DNA of 64,000 nucleotides from Octopus sinensis (GCF_006345805.1 NC_043001.1:92008001-92072000); one strand, 5' to 3'; positions 48,202-61,779 are shown, numbered from the stretch's first letter. Translations and numbers: made by a program. Notes: generated from the letters alone by a model not told the origin.

Positions 48202-48330
48202 CAGTAATCCCTTGCCATATTGCGGCTCACCTATCGCGCAACTCAGTACATCGCGGATATTTCTGGCTACTATATGTAAATACCCTATCACCCGCGGATT
48301 TCTGCAGGTGATAGGTATTTACATTTTCTT
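48202..48330 (+). mobile_element. Possible Tigger/pogo-like terminal fragment
   Basis: CAGTAATCCCTTGCCATATTGCGG start with repeated (TC)GCGG motifs. Internal hairpin gtaaataccctatcacc / ggtgataggtatttac. Confidence 0.35.
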
Positions 48331-48609
48331 AGACTTTAATTATTTCTGTGGGAGGTTTTGAAACGTAACACCCGCAATAGTCGAGGATCGAGAAAAATAA
48401 TTAGGATTTCACCTAAAGATCTTAGCTTATGCTAATGCAAATATCTATTTTAAATAGAAGTGAAATATGAAATCCCTAATCATTTACTCTCCATCAATGG
48501 GTGATTAACTCTGTTGATTTCAGCAAAGCAGAAATAATAATAATAATAATAAGTTAATTGGAATTATACAGTTCATGAATTCGGTTTAACATAAATTTGC
48601 TTAATATTG

Positions 48610-48810
48610 ATTTAAAATTTTGGCACAAGGCCAGTAAATTCGGGGGAGTGGGTAAGTCGATTACATCGACCCCAGTGTCCAACTGGCACTTATTTTATCG
48701 ACCCGGAAAGGATGAAAGGTAAAGTCGACCTCGTCAGAATTTGAACTCAGACCGTAGAGACGGACGAAACCATTTTGTCCGGGGCGGTAACGATCCTGCT
48801 AACTCACTCC
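48610..48810 (-). mobile_element. Old SINE-A copy
   Basis: Homology, TTTTGGCACAAGGCC tail. Confidence 0.8.
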
Positions 48811-50687
48811 CTAGATTTGGTATAATATTCAGGGATACATCTGTCAGTCAAAGTCCATTTGTGTATTACTAGTCGAGACCTCATGTATGAATACTTATTG
48901 ATTAAGGTCAACAACATATCTGTTCTATAGTATCTTGATGACAAATAATTTTTTGAAATGCTATAATTACATTAATTACATTTTAGTCGCAATTAAATTA
49001 TAAGTTTCGGTATTAGTTTTATTTACTTCAAATTTCTTAAATTTCTAATTAAAATTATAAGTACTTATTGACTGACCTCTGTTTATTACGTGATATATTT
49101 CAACTAATACACTACTTAGCAAGACATTCTTTGTGTAGGTGGAGAACCGTTTGCATAAAGCAACGGAAAATATTGAAACTAAACAAAATATTCAGTGTTA
49201 ACATCGGAAGAGAATTAAATGCTTAGTGTCAAATATCACGCTGCTTCTCATATGTACACTATTTTAGGATGGTTGACATGTCTAGGATAAAAGAGTTCGA
49301 GTTAGATGATTTGTTGTGATTAAGTCCCTGCCTCTCTCATCTTACAGCTCAAACTTTCAACGGATTTTACGTTGCCATTCTTCAATTAGTTCTGTAAACA
49401 ATTTTCAATAATGCCCTAAAGAAAATCTCACGTTTTTAAAAGTTGGATTTTTGTATAGTTTAATGAAATCAATAAGAAACGGTCAGCAGATTGGTACTTC
49501 ATTGTTTGAAATCCATATTCTCACTGTGTTGATAAAAATGCCTACCGAAATATCCTAATGTTCATTCATTCCACAAAACTCTTCTTTCAATAAGATTTTG
49601 CCATATTGCTAAACGTAAATCCATACTACGTAATGATACTTTCAGTTAGAAACGTTAGTTCATAATAACCAAATGTCTCATTTGGAAAGGGAATGATAGA
49701 AGCCAGAATTTATTTTTCAAAGATTTTCAAAACATTTAATGAAGTTAGAATTTTTATAAATCGCAATCGGAAGTTTAGTCTTCCGACATCTCGCATTAGT
49801 AATGACTCAAAATTTTACCATCTGGAATACTTATCGTTTTACTTTATTTAATTTCATTATTTCGCTGTAGGGAATTGTTGACAGAAATATTGCAAATTAT
49901 AGAACTGGAAACCTTGCAGAATGAGTCAAAAAATATCAGTAACACGAGGATATTTTCCTGGGCTGTGACTTGATTGAGAATTTGATAAGGAGAAGTTAAA
50001 ATTAAATAAAATAGAAACAAAACGTAAACAATATAAAAAATAAAATCGGAAAAGAAACTTTAAGAATGAAAAATAAAACAAAAATTTGGCTCCAGAACAG
50101 GGAAAACTGAATCGAAAATGAATGAGACAAAAAATATAAAGGAAACTATGGAAGAAATAGACAAATTGGTTGAAAGTATGCAAGCAAAGAAACAAGAGTA
50201 AATATATATGGGTACGAGCTACCCAGAGGAACTAGAACCAAGATGCATTCGGTCGCAAGGAATCTTTTAAAGACAATCTTTAATTGGTTTGTTTAAGGAC
50301 TGATAGAGTTCAAGTTGTTCCAAATAACACTCGTGCTGCTTATTTCATCGGAATATCAGAATATACATTATCTATAAGAAATCAGAGCAAAGTTTACGAG
50401 CATACGGTAAGATACCTTATGCAATTTGCTCCCCCTGGAAGATACAACAGCAAAATCTCTCTCAAATCAGGTCTAATTTATTTGAAGATGGAAAGAAACA
50501 TTAGATAACGTAGTACACACACACACACACACACACACGTGTGTGTGTTTAAGAATTTCGCTTCGCAACATGCAGTTTCAGGTTGTGTCGCAACATATGG
50601 CACGTCAGCAAGTGCCTTCTACTATATCCCCAAACAATCGATACCTAATGAGTGAAATCGGAAGACATATATGGGTGGAAGCCCGAC

Positions 50688-50727
<40 letters not shown>

Positions 50728-50732
<5 letters not shown>

Positions 50733-50935
50733 AGAGGTGGTGACAAGTTCCTGGCTTTGGGCAAGAAAAATGCAGGAGGATCAATTAATTACGATTTAAT
50801 TCAACATACCCCACCTTTAGGTTACCACATTTATTGCAGCAGTCTCAGTTTTTCTAAGCTCTGAAAAGGAACTCGAAAGGTTGAGCCTCCAACTAGACCT
50901 CTCGTGATACCTTTAATGCCATGAACTCTTCAGCA
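50728..50935 (-). mobile_element. Mariner-derived MITE-like remnant
   Basis: Minus strand resembles a mariner 3' end (LEKLRLLQ*MW..KGGYVE) and ends CCAGGAACTTGTCACCACCTC. Confidence 0.5.
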
Positions 50936-50961
50936 GCTCTATGTGTGTGTATGCGTGTGTT

Positions 50962-50997
<36 letters not shown>

Positions 50998-51492
50998 AAT
51001 GATATATATATATGCATATATGGGTACAGGACGTCACCAACAGTGAACAACACAACATGGAATTCGAAAACAAACGGGTTAAATACGCAAACAACAAGAG
51101 AAAAAATGGTAGACAGGACACGTAACACAAAGAACGACCCTTCGACAGTTGTCGGCTGTTTATCTACTCATTTCGAGCAATGAATGACAGTATGAGTCTT
51201 CGAAGAAAGTTGCTCCTATAAATACCAAAATGAAATTTGGGATTTATGGAGGGTCAAAATTGGGAACAAAACAGGGTAGTGGAGACATACAAGGAAATCG
51301 AATGAAAGCACACATAGAGGGTCGTTAGACCAGAACGAGTGTAAAATAGCGAACGCTAGAGAAATATTTTCTTTGAAAGGGGAAAAGATAGACGAGAGAG
51401 ATATAGAAGACGTCCAGTCCTTTGGACGTCCTGGAGGAAAAGAAAGATGGTCACGTGAGGAAAAGAAAGATGGACGATAGTCACGTAGGAGC

Positions 51493-51527
<35 letters not shown>

Positions 51528-51925
51528 AAAAGAGAAAGAGGTAGAGAGAGACAGATAGAAAATAGTGAAGGGGAGAAAAAGGGAATTAGAGAAGGATGGG
51601 GGAGAAAACAGTATAGAGTAGAGTCGCATCAAAAAGGTAAAGATAAACTTACTTGGAAATGGATGCGTGGCGTTCAATTAAATAATAATATAAATAACAC
51701 GTATATATATATATATATGTGCACGTGAGTGTGTGTAAATTATATTCATAGTATTTAATGTGATATTGTAATATAAATAAATTTTCAAAATGGATTTTCA
51801 ATGGAATATCTCTATATTTAATTTAACTTTATAATTGAATGTGGTATCCAACTGACGTACCACTAAATTGGAAGTTTAACAAACCCCTTTGAAGGATTTC
51901 TTTTCCTCAATTTCCTCAGTTTGTT

Positions 51926-51969
<44 letters not shown>

Positions 51970-51982
51970 CACACACACGCAC

Positions 51983-52039
<57 letters not shown>

Positions 52040-52042
<3 letters not shown>

Positions 52043-52186
52043 CTAAATTCGGTATGTGGTAAGGCAATTCGTTGCTAAACCCTTTATTGCTTAGTATACT
52101 TAAATTTTCCTCGAATGAGGCTTTTACATGCCGAAGACTACTTGGTGTATTGATAATTATTCCAAATTATTAATTTCACCCTTCAT

Positions 52187-52190
<4 letters not shown>
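52040..52190 (+). mobile_element. Penelope-like pLTR copy, family of 53188-53360
   Basis: Shared ttctaaattcggt...cctcgaatgaggcttttacatgccgaa (degenerate HHR). Confidence 0.65.
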
Positions 52191-52220
<30 letters not shown>

Positions 52221-52238
52221 ACATACATACATACATAC

Positions 52239-52284
<46 letters not shown>

Positions 52285-52821
52285 AATATATATATGTGTG
52301 TGTGCACAGGACAACACCAACAGTAAACAACATGAAATACGAAAATAAATGAGTTAAATACGCAAACGAGAGCAGAAATGGGAGACAGGACAAGTATATA
52401 CGTATGTATATGAATGTGTGCGCGTGTCTTTGTGTTTGTCCTTCTCATCCCCTGACAACTTGTGTCGGTTTGTTTACGTCCTTGGTCTAATTTGTTCGAT
52501 TAAACTCTTCAAGGTGGTGCCCTAACATAACCGCTGTCCAATGACTGAAAGAAAAAAAAAAAACTCGGATTGTCACGGCTGGAGCGCTTTTTAGCATGAG
52601 CTCTGCCTGTCGCGAGTTCAACAACAGCAACAAAGAATATTGTTGTTGAAAAGCCAAGTAATCTGGAATTCTGCAAGCTGGCTTTATGTAAAAGAAACTT
52701 GGTTAATTTATTCGAATGAAGAATCTGTTATTCCATGGTTGCTTTGCTATTATCAACGAAGAAGAACCGAATCCCCACCAAAATGATGTTTATGACAAAG
52801 GCTTGTAGCAAAATAACGGGT

Positions 52822-53030
52822 AGTACTCTTTACTCTTTTACTTGTTTCAGTCATTTGACTGTGGCCATGCTGGAGCACCGCCTTTAGTCGAGCAAATCGA
52901 CTCCAGGAGTTATACTTTGTAAGCCTAGTACTTATTCTATCGGTCTCTTTTGCCGAACCGCTAAGTTACGGGGACGTAAACACACCAGCATCAGTTGTCA
53001 AGCGATGTTGGGGCAACAAACACATACACA

Positions 53031-53088
<58 letters not shown>

Positions 53089-53602
53089 CTAAGCAATTAA
53101 GGGTTTAGCAACGAATTGCCTCACCACACACCGAATTTAGAAATAGCAGTCAAAGAGTTATAGCTATTCTTTCTACTAAAAGGGAGATCTTTGACTGCTA
53201 TTTCTAAATTCGGTGTGTGGTGAGGCAATTCGTTGCTAAACCTTAATTGCTTAGTATTACTTAAATTTTCCTCGAATGAGGCTTTTACATGCCGAAATCT
53301 ACTTGGTGTAATTAATAATTATTGCAATTAATTAATTTCACCCTATATTGTTACTGATATATATATATATATATATATTAATTAATTTCACCCTATATTG
53401 TTACTGATATATATATATATATATATATATATGCATATATACGATGGGCTTCTTTCAGTTTCGGTCTACCAAATCCACTCACAAGCTTTGGTCGGCCCGA
53501 GGCTATAGTAGAAGACACTTGCCCAAGGTGCCACGCAGTAGGACTGAACCCGGAACCATGTGTTTGGTAAGCAAGCTACTTACCACACAGCCACTCCTGC
53601 GC
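52822..53602 (-). mobile_element. SINE-B split by a palindromic insertion
   Basis: Tail 52822-53085, head 53440-53602. Confidence 0.88.
53087..53360. mobile_element. Inverted pLTR-like insertion (hairpin 53087-53256)
   Basis: About 70-bp arms 53087-53156 / 53188-53256, continuing into a degenerate HHR. Confidence 0.8.
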
Positions 53603-53780
53603 CAATGAGCATCACAACTTCATCGCCAAAGCGTTTGCACATGGAGATCCCTGGAAAGGATCAACGCTGGTCTCTTTGAACCCTTTTCCCATTGCAGATT
53701 GTTGATGGTAGATGATGCGACTCCTTGTATTCACCATATTCTTTAGTATGATGTATATGTATGATATATATGAAACACCG

Positions 53781-53822
<42 letters not shown>

Positions 53823-53957
53823 AAACACACACACACTCACACACACACATACACACATACACACACACTCACACCCACACATACACACATACACACACAC
53901 AGACATACACATGTACACACATACACACACAGGCGCGTACACATACACATTTTATCT

Positions 53958-54320
53958 AGTACTTGTTTCAGTCCCTAGACTGCGGCCAAGCTAGGACACC
54001 ACCTTAAGTCAAATGGATCGACCCCAGTGCATGTTTTTAAAGCCTGGTATTTATTTTGTCGTTTTATTTTGCCGAACCACTAAGTTACGTGGACGTATAC
54101 ACACCAACACCGGTTGTTAAGCGGTGATGGGAACAAACACAGACAGAAAGGCACACAGACATGCATACATATATCATACGACGGGCTTCTTTCAGTTTTC
54201 GCCTACCACATCCATTCACAAGCCTTTGATCAGCCGAGGCTGTAGTAAAAGACACAAGGCCAAAGTTCCACGCAGTGGAACTGAACCCAGAACCATGTGT
54301 TTGGGAGGAAAGCTTATCAC
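53958..54320 (-). mobile_element. SINE-B, diverged
   Basis: Homology. Confidence 0.85.
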
Positions 54321-54419
54321 AGATACCAATTACCAGCACTCCGCCATGGGCACCGCACCCTCGACCATCAATAGAGTACAGCGACCCCCAGTACCACTAC
54401 CAGTAGTACCATCACTGTC

Positions 54420-54860
54420 AACTTCACCACCACCACCACCACCACCGCTACCGCCACCACTTCCACTACCACTTCTACTACTCCTGCCATCGCTACCACC
54501 AACACTACCACTACCACTGCCACTGATATCACCACCACCACCACCATCATCATCACCAGAGCCGCCACCACGACCACTATCACTACCACCATCACCACCA
54601 CCACCACCAACACCACCACCACCACCACTACCACCACCAATAACATCACGATTATCGCTGCCACCAACATCACTACCACCATCACTATCACCACCACTAC
54701 CACCACCACCACCACCACCACCACCACTACCACCACCACCACCACCACCATAACAACAACAACAACAACAATAACAGCAACAACAATCACCAACAATACC
54801 ACCACTACCACTACCTCCATCACGGCGACGACGTCGATGACCACCACCACCACCATCATC
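54420..54860. repeat. (CAC/TAC/CAT/CAA)n degenerate trinucleotide tract
   Basis: Direct. Confidence 0.95.
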
Positions 54861-55059
54861 GCCACTGATGTTATTACCATTACCAGCACACCATTACAAC
54901 CATTACCCCTTCCCAGTACTACCATACACCGCTCTCATTATTACCAACATTTTAATACTATCACTATTACCCCTATCATTACTACAACTACTTTCACCAA
55001 TACCAGCATCAGCATCAGCACTACTGCTGCCCCCAAACGTGGATAAAATTAAGGGTGCC

Positions 55060-55292
55060 AATGTCGCGCAGCTTCAAGTGTCAACGTACACCTCCTTCGT
55101 TGACGAATGCGCAGGTCGGCTCGCTTGAAACGTATCTGCCTTGATGCTTTATTCGGCAGCAAGGGAGCAATAGCCACATTATCCCGTCTGCATCCGCCCT
55201 TCATCACCTCTCGTTCTTTCACAAGGAGGATGGCTACTTCATCCTCCGACCAGCATCCGCTCGCGGTTCGCGTAAAAAAAAAAAAGAAAGAA
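55060..55292 (+). mobile_element. 5'-truncated poly(A) retroposon (LINE-like 3' end) with 15-bp TSD
   Basis: aaaattaagggtgcc at 55045-55059 and 55293-55307, A-rich tail 55274-55292. Confidence 0.85.
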
Positions 55293-56227
55293 AAAATTAA
55301 GGGTGCCTTAATCCTCGGTTCAAAGTACTACAAGTGACGAGATACACAAATTATCGCTCCTGAGGTGGGTAGCTGTCCCACATCTCTGTGTTAAGTCATT
55401 TAATATACATTTCACTTTTCTCTCATCACAATCGAACGCATTATACATCAGAATTAAGAACCAACAAACGTTTCCCACTTATGTCCTTACAATAACTTAC
55501 TGGCCTATACAGATGAATCATCGTTTAAGGAGTTACTTGACAGGAGTCACTGGCCTTAACGAAATTGAAGCTTAAGAGTCTCTTCTCTTTCATTTGTTAT
55601 GTAGACGAACCAAGCCTTTCTTTTTATTGTTAAGTATTTAGTGAACGTATCGGAAGTTCTGGCCTAGAAAAGGCTGTTCATAATTTGAAAACAATAGCAA
55701 CTGTTTGTACTCAAATCAGGACAGACAGAAGCATAGCTATATACATGTAAAACAAGACTGAATCTATTTGTATGTATGTACGTGCATGTCAAAGTAAATA
55801 CATGCATACACTGACACAGATACGAACAAAGCGAGACACACACAAAGATCGGAGCACACATACAAACACACACGTACAGATTTGTATGTATATTATGCAG
55901 GTACATGTCGATGCATAAACATGCATATTCTAACACAGACGCATACATATCCATACATGGACACAAATATATGCACAGATATACGTGTACCACGCAAAGC
56001 AGATCTGAATTATGAACACATGGTCATCTTATTAACTACAAGTACATCAAAATGTACTTGAATCTATATCTAAGTACGCGCATACATGTCAATGCATATA
56101 CTTGCATATTGCTAACACAGTTATACACGTACATACACACACATGCACAGAGATATACGCACACATACACCCACGCCCACCTCGTAAAACAGGATTGGAG
56201 AGAACCTTTACATAGACCGTCATTTCA

Positions 56228-56513
56228 TCTGTATATATAAAAGGCAGGATGTGTGTGTGTACGTGAATGTAATTTATGCACGTCCACAAACTAGCACGCA
56301 TGTCGCTCCAATTTTAGGAGGACATTCGTCATGATCTTAGCTGTATTTTCGTCGACTTATTTTCCCCAAATATCTACATATCAAATTTGAGCGCAATCGG
56401 ATGGAGGATGCCCAAATTTAACGTCGATGTTACTTAGTTTGGTTTGAAATAAAGAACTTGATTAGCTTAATAATCCTAACTTAATCCCGGGCAAAGCCGG
56501 ATTATACTCCTAG
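56228..56513 (+). mobile_element. Non-autonomous Helitron (second family)
   Basis: A|TCTGTATATATAAAAG start, hairpin CCGGGCAAAGCCGG, CTAG|T end. Confidence 0.72.
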
Positions 56514-57348
56514 TAAGTTATAAACATCTATGTACTTGAGACTATTTGTAGATACGTGCATGCATGCCAATGCATACGCATGCCAATGCATATGCTAACA
56601 CGCATACACGTGTATACAGATACGAGCACACACACGCGCTCACACACACGCGCTCACACACACGCACGCACACACAGCAATATTAAGTGAGGTTGCCAAA
56701 CCTTTACAGCGTCGGCATTTATGCTTTGCATTCGAATACTGCCATGGTCAACGTTGTCTTCCATCACTTAGGCGTCAGAAAAATAAAACACCAATCATGT
56801 ACTGAAGTTGATGGCATCGACTAACCCGCTCAATACGCTACCCTCAAAATTACTAGCCCTATACTTGAATCAAAAACCCTTTAGCTTTTACTTTCACCCC
56901 CGGATTCGTAGTAATTTTTTCACCTTTCGATCCATCTTTCTATGAATCTCTTCTATCTTTCCACTTAGCTTTTTATCTCTCTCTTTTCCTTTTCAAGTCC
57001 TATAGGACATCTTTTTCCATCAGCGTTACTTCTATACATGTCCTGTATTAATGCTGTCTCATATCCGAAACGCCTTTATAAGTATGTATATCAACTACAT
57101 GTATCGTTTCCCATTACGTCTACTTTGTTGTTGTTTATCGCTTGTTTATGTTCACTCACATATCCCAGCAACTTTTGGCCTTTGACGCCATCAATATAAA
57201 CAATCTTATCGATAATGATGCAAAATTGTTATGATTCGTTCGGTGATAACAGATGAAGAATGTTCACGCTCACATCTTGTATGTGATTTTTCTATGGGTT
57301 CCTTTGTCGCCATTCTGTGGAAGATTTTACCCATCATACATATATATA

Positions 57349-57384
<36 letters not shown>

Positions 57385-57964
57385 GTGTGTGTGTGTGTGT
57401 GTGTGTTACTTAAAGATGTCTAATAAAATGGAAATAGCTAATAGGTATCTGACTTCTACTGAATATTTCCATTTTCTTTTTCTCCAAAGAAATTTCGTAC
57501 TTTTCTCTTCATTATTCCCCTTGGGATGTATTTTCGTCAACGCAAATTATTTCTCTTTTCATGGTAGTTTGTTTTTAATTCATTAAAAATTAATTTCTGT
57601 TCACAACTTTGAGTATAATAGCTTATATGTAACTGATGAGAAAGCACTCACTAATTCCCACTCCAACACATAAATTATTCAAAATATGTAAGAATGTTCA
57701 TAATATATATGAACTCAGTGAAGGATGCCTGACACCTTTGCTGAAGTAGGTTCCTAATCACCCGCTCTGTGTTCCTATTCTTTCTGATTCTTGCATTAGG
57801 GTCTCTCAATAACAGGACTTGGCCTTTAGGTATTTTGATGAGAAGTCTGGCAGAAGTAGTCTTTGTAAGGTAGCTATCAGATGGCAGAGTTGGTGTATAG
57901 ATGATCAGAGCATAGAATAACGTCTCTCCTCACACAGCGACATTAGCCATTTATTGAACGTTGG

Positions 57965-58160
57965 TTTCAAATTTTGGCACAAGATCAGCAAGTTTCGGAG
58001 TGGGACTAAAACCCCACTACTTAACTGGTGCTTATTTTGTCGATCCCGAAAGGATTAAAGGCATAGCCGACCTCGATGGAATTAGAACTTAAAACGTAAA
58101 GATGGGTGAAATGCCGCTAAGCATCTTGCAAGGTGAGCTTATGATCATACCAGCTCAGAG
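57965..58160 (-). mobile_element. Old SINE-A copy
   Basis: Diverged homology. Confidence 0.72.
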
Positions 58161-58570
58161 TTAATAGTAGAAGACACTAGACCAAGATGTCAGGTGGGAC
58201 TTAACTCGAAATCACGTGGTTGCAAAACAAGTTTCTTAACCACAATTATACTTCATTTGTGGGAAATCCAGTTTCTTTGAAACCGCCTTAACGATCACTG
58301 CCACACCTTTTTCCACTTATTTTTATCTTTCAAGAGGTAGTCCAGTAGATTTTGTCTCCCAAGCTTATCTATAAGAAAGTAAGGCAATAGTTAATAAGTG
58401 TAACAAATTCAGTAGAGTAGGCCGGCTAATTGTATTTTGGGAGACTATGAGAACACTCAACAAATTAAGCTGAGTTTGGAGTGAGGGGCCAGGGCACTCA
58501 CTGGTAATATATGACAGCATTGAGTCCTGACAGCAGATTTTATAAGGGATAAAGTGAGTAATGGTATATA

Positions 58571-59130
58571 CGAGGGGCGTTCAATAAGTAATGCCCCTGA
58601 CCCACTTGCACTTGCAGAAATTTTGCATGTGCAATTATTTATATCTCTATAGATTAAGTGGCAAATTACAGCTCTGAACTAATTGTCGTCTCCGATTTAC
58701 AGGTGTTTGAGCTGAGTCAAGTGTGAAATAAAGCATGTTGAGTGTCGAGCAGTGATCCGGTTTTTGTATTTGAAAGGACGCACACCACGGGAGACTTTTG
58801 ATGAAATGAAAGTAACTTATGGTGATGATGCCCCATCATATGACCTTGTAAAACGCTGGCATCGTGAATTCAAACATGGTCGGAACTCTGTGGAAACAGC
58901 TCCAAGATCTGGTCGTCCCACTTCTGCCATTGATGAGGCATCTGTACGTCAAGTTGAGGCTGCCATTTTGGAAGATCGACGCATAACTATTCGCCAAATA
59001 GCCCATGAGGTCAAGATTAGTACCGGGTCTGTGGAAACTATCATTCATGACCATTTGCATATGCAAAAGGTGTCTGCCAGATGGATTGCCAGGTTGCTCA
59101 CACCTTTCCAGAAGCAAGAACGCGTCGTAT
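58571..59130 (+). mobile_element. Mariner 5' fragment (irritans-like)
   Basis: TA|CGAGGGGCGTTCAATAAGTAATG TIR. VECRAVIRFLYLKG...KRWHREFKHG...RSGRP...DRRITIRQIA...KVSARWIARLLT. Confidence 0.9.
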
Positions 59131-59469
59131 CAGGCTGCTTCACCATTTACCACATGGATGGCCAGTGGCTGGGAGATGTGTGTAAGAGGGGCGTAAGCTC
59201 TACTGCACTAGATTCAGCACATCACGTGTGCGTTCACTCACACCCACGCACTCATACATGCACACACAAACACACACAGGGACATATACAGACAAAATAT
59301 TAATGTGTGTGAGTGTGTATGTACGTGTATGTATATATGTATATATGATGAACTCTCCCGTCGAAGACTATGTATAAGTGTTCAGCTATTACTGAACCAC
59401 CTGCACGAATGATTTGTTTGTAGTGATAAAATGTATGTCCTGTACACTAGCTCACTCCCTCCATCAAAT

Positions 59470-59635
59470 TGACGTTGCCTCAACAGGTGCAGTGTAACAC
59501 GCGTCAGGTGTCGAAGAGATCGCAAAGCAATGTGAAACTAAGTGTTTTGCTTAAGAACACAATGCACTGCTTGGTCTAGGAGTTGAAATCACGATCACTA
59601 GGTCGTGAGTGCAACACCACTAAGCCATGCGCCCT
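59470..59635 (-). mobile_element. SINE-D, diverged
   Basis: Head GAGGGCGCATGGCTTAGTGG, CORE-like block. Confidence 0.7.
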
Positions 59636-59636
59636 C

Positions 59637-59665
<29 letters not shown>

Positions 59666-59668
<3 letters not shown>

Positions 59669-59709
59669 TTGCTGCACCTCTCATTCACGCTCCTCCATTT
59701 CTCGCTTCC

Positions 59710-59752
<43 letters not shown>

Positions 59753-59820
59753 TTTCACCAGTCACACTTTACATCCTACAGAGAGAAATGGAAGAATGTG
59801 AATGAGAGGTGCAGGAAGGG
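59666..59820. mobile_element. piggyBac-like MITE
   Basis: CCCTT...AAGGG termini, about 38-bp imperfect TIRs, flanks TAAA / TTAA. Confidence 0.55.
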
Positions 59821-60039
59821 TTAATATGAGGTACCGAATGAATACACATACTAGGCTTGGAGACAGGTAATGAGTAAAAGAACGCTACACACGCTCAATC
59901 TGAGAGAAAAAAATCATAGAGACAGAAGAGCAGTCGGGATCAGAAGAAGTGGAGGTGGTTGAATAAATGACAATAGCATTTCGCCCGGCGTGCTAACGTT
60001 TCTGTCAGCTCGCCGTCGTATTGAAATTAATAATTATAC

Positions 60040-60999
60040 GTCTATTTTCTACTCTCGGCACAAGGTCTGAAATTTTGGGGGAGGGGGTAGTCGATTAGAT
60101 GACTACAGTACGCAACTGTATCGATCCCTAAAGGATGAAAGGCAAAGTCGACCTCAGCGAATTTTGAACTCAGAACGTAACAGCAGACGAAATGCTGCTA
60201 TGCATTTCACCCGGCGCTTTCTTATTTCTTTATTGCCCACAGGGGGCTAAACATAGAGGGGACAAGAAGGATAGACAAACGGATGAAGTCGATTACATCG
60301 ACCCCAGTGTGTAACTGGTACTTAATTTATCGACCCCGAAAGGATGATAGGCAAAGTCGACCTCGGCGGAATTTGAACTCACAACGTAACACAGACGAAA
60401 TACCTATTTCTTTATTACCCACAAGGGGCTAAACATAGAGGAGACAAACATGGACAAACATAGGGATTAAGTCGATTATATCGACCCCAGTGCTTAACTG
60501 GTACTTAATTTATCGACCCCGAAAGGATGAAAGGCAAAGTCGACCTCGGCGGAATTTGAACTCACAACGTAACGGCAGACGAAATACCTATTTCTTTATT
60601 ACCCACAAGGGGCTAAACATAGAGGGAACAAACAAGGACAGACATTGGTATTAAGTCGATTACATCGACGCCAGTTCGTAACTGGTACTTAATTTATCGA
60701 CCCCGAAAGGATGAAAGGCAAAGTCGACCTCAGCGGAATTTGAACTCACAACGTAGCGCCAGACGAAATACCTATTTCTTTATTACCCACAAGGGGCTAA
60801 ACACAGAGGGGACAAACAAGGACAGACATAGGTATTAAGTCGATTACATCGACCCCAGTGCGTAACTGGTACTTAACTTATCGACCCCGAAAGGATAAAA
60901 GGCAAAGTCGACCTCGGCGGAATTTGAACTCACAACGTAGCGGCAGACGAAATACCACTTAGCATTTCGCCCAGCGTGCTAACGTTTCTGCCAGCTCGC
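60040..60999 (-). mobile_element. SINE-A tetramer (60219-60999) abutting an older SINE-A (60040-60218)
   Basis: Unit starts about 60223, 60405, 60589, 60773. Single head at 60955-60999. Confidence 0.93.
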
Positions 61000-61266
61000 G
61001 GCTTTAGTGAAAATAATAATTATATATTTATTATCATACGTTCATACAGCGCGCACGTATTCACACGCAATTTACATAATACTAAAGCATATAAAAATAC
61101 TTATAACTGCTTTAGTACGTATTGTTTCTTCCCCACCTTCTCCATCTGCTTCTCTATTATCTGTTTTTCCCTACCTTTACTGTTGTTGACACACCTGTGT
61201 TTGGTACATTGAAAGACCTGGTGAAGTCAACGAGTGTGTACTCTTCTTATTTCCTACACGCACACA

Positions 61267-61309
<43 letters not shown>

Positions 61310-61481
61310 TGCGCACACACACACATACACGCACACACACACACACACACACACACTTATACTACGCACACGCATACATCCATACATATACTTATATACA
61401 TAAATTTATATGTATATGTATGTGTGTATACGCGTGCGCATGCGCGCATGCTTGTGCACATGTACTTCTTCTACCTTTCTT

Positions 61482-61735
61482 TTACTAGTTTCAATCATTA
61501 AAATACGGCCATGCTGGAGCAGCACCTTGAAGATGTTTTATTTTTAAAGCCTTGCACGTATTCTATCGGCCTGTTTTGACGAACCACTATATTATAGGAA
61601 CGTAAAGACACCAACAACGGTTATCAAGCAGTGATAGGGGACAAACAAACACACACACACACACACCACACACACACACACACATACACACATACACACA
61701 CACATGATTGGTTTCTTTCAGTTTCCGACAACCAG
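61482..61735 (-). mobile_element. SINE-B partial
   Basis: Homology to tail and internal tract. Confidence 0.72.
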
Positions 61736-61779
61736 CTTTACTTAATACACAATAATAAAAATAGCAACAAGAATATTGG

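Noticed and set aside
54124-54925. 209-aa Pro-rich (formin/extensin-like) and 185-aa Val-rich ORFs
   Set aside because: Begin in a SINE-B and continue through (CAC)n repeats; no splice or domain context
59130-59303. C-terminal extension of the 183-aa mariner ORF as a fusion protein
   Set aside because: Read-through from a truncated element into unrelated flank and (CA)n
60219-60999. CRISPR-like or satellite array
   Set aside because: Units are whole SINE bodies with no unique spacers and no cas genes
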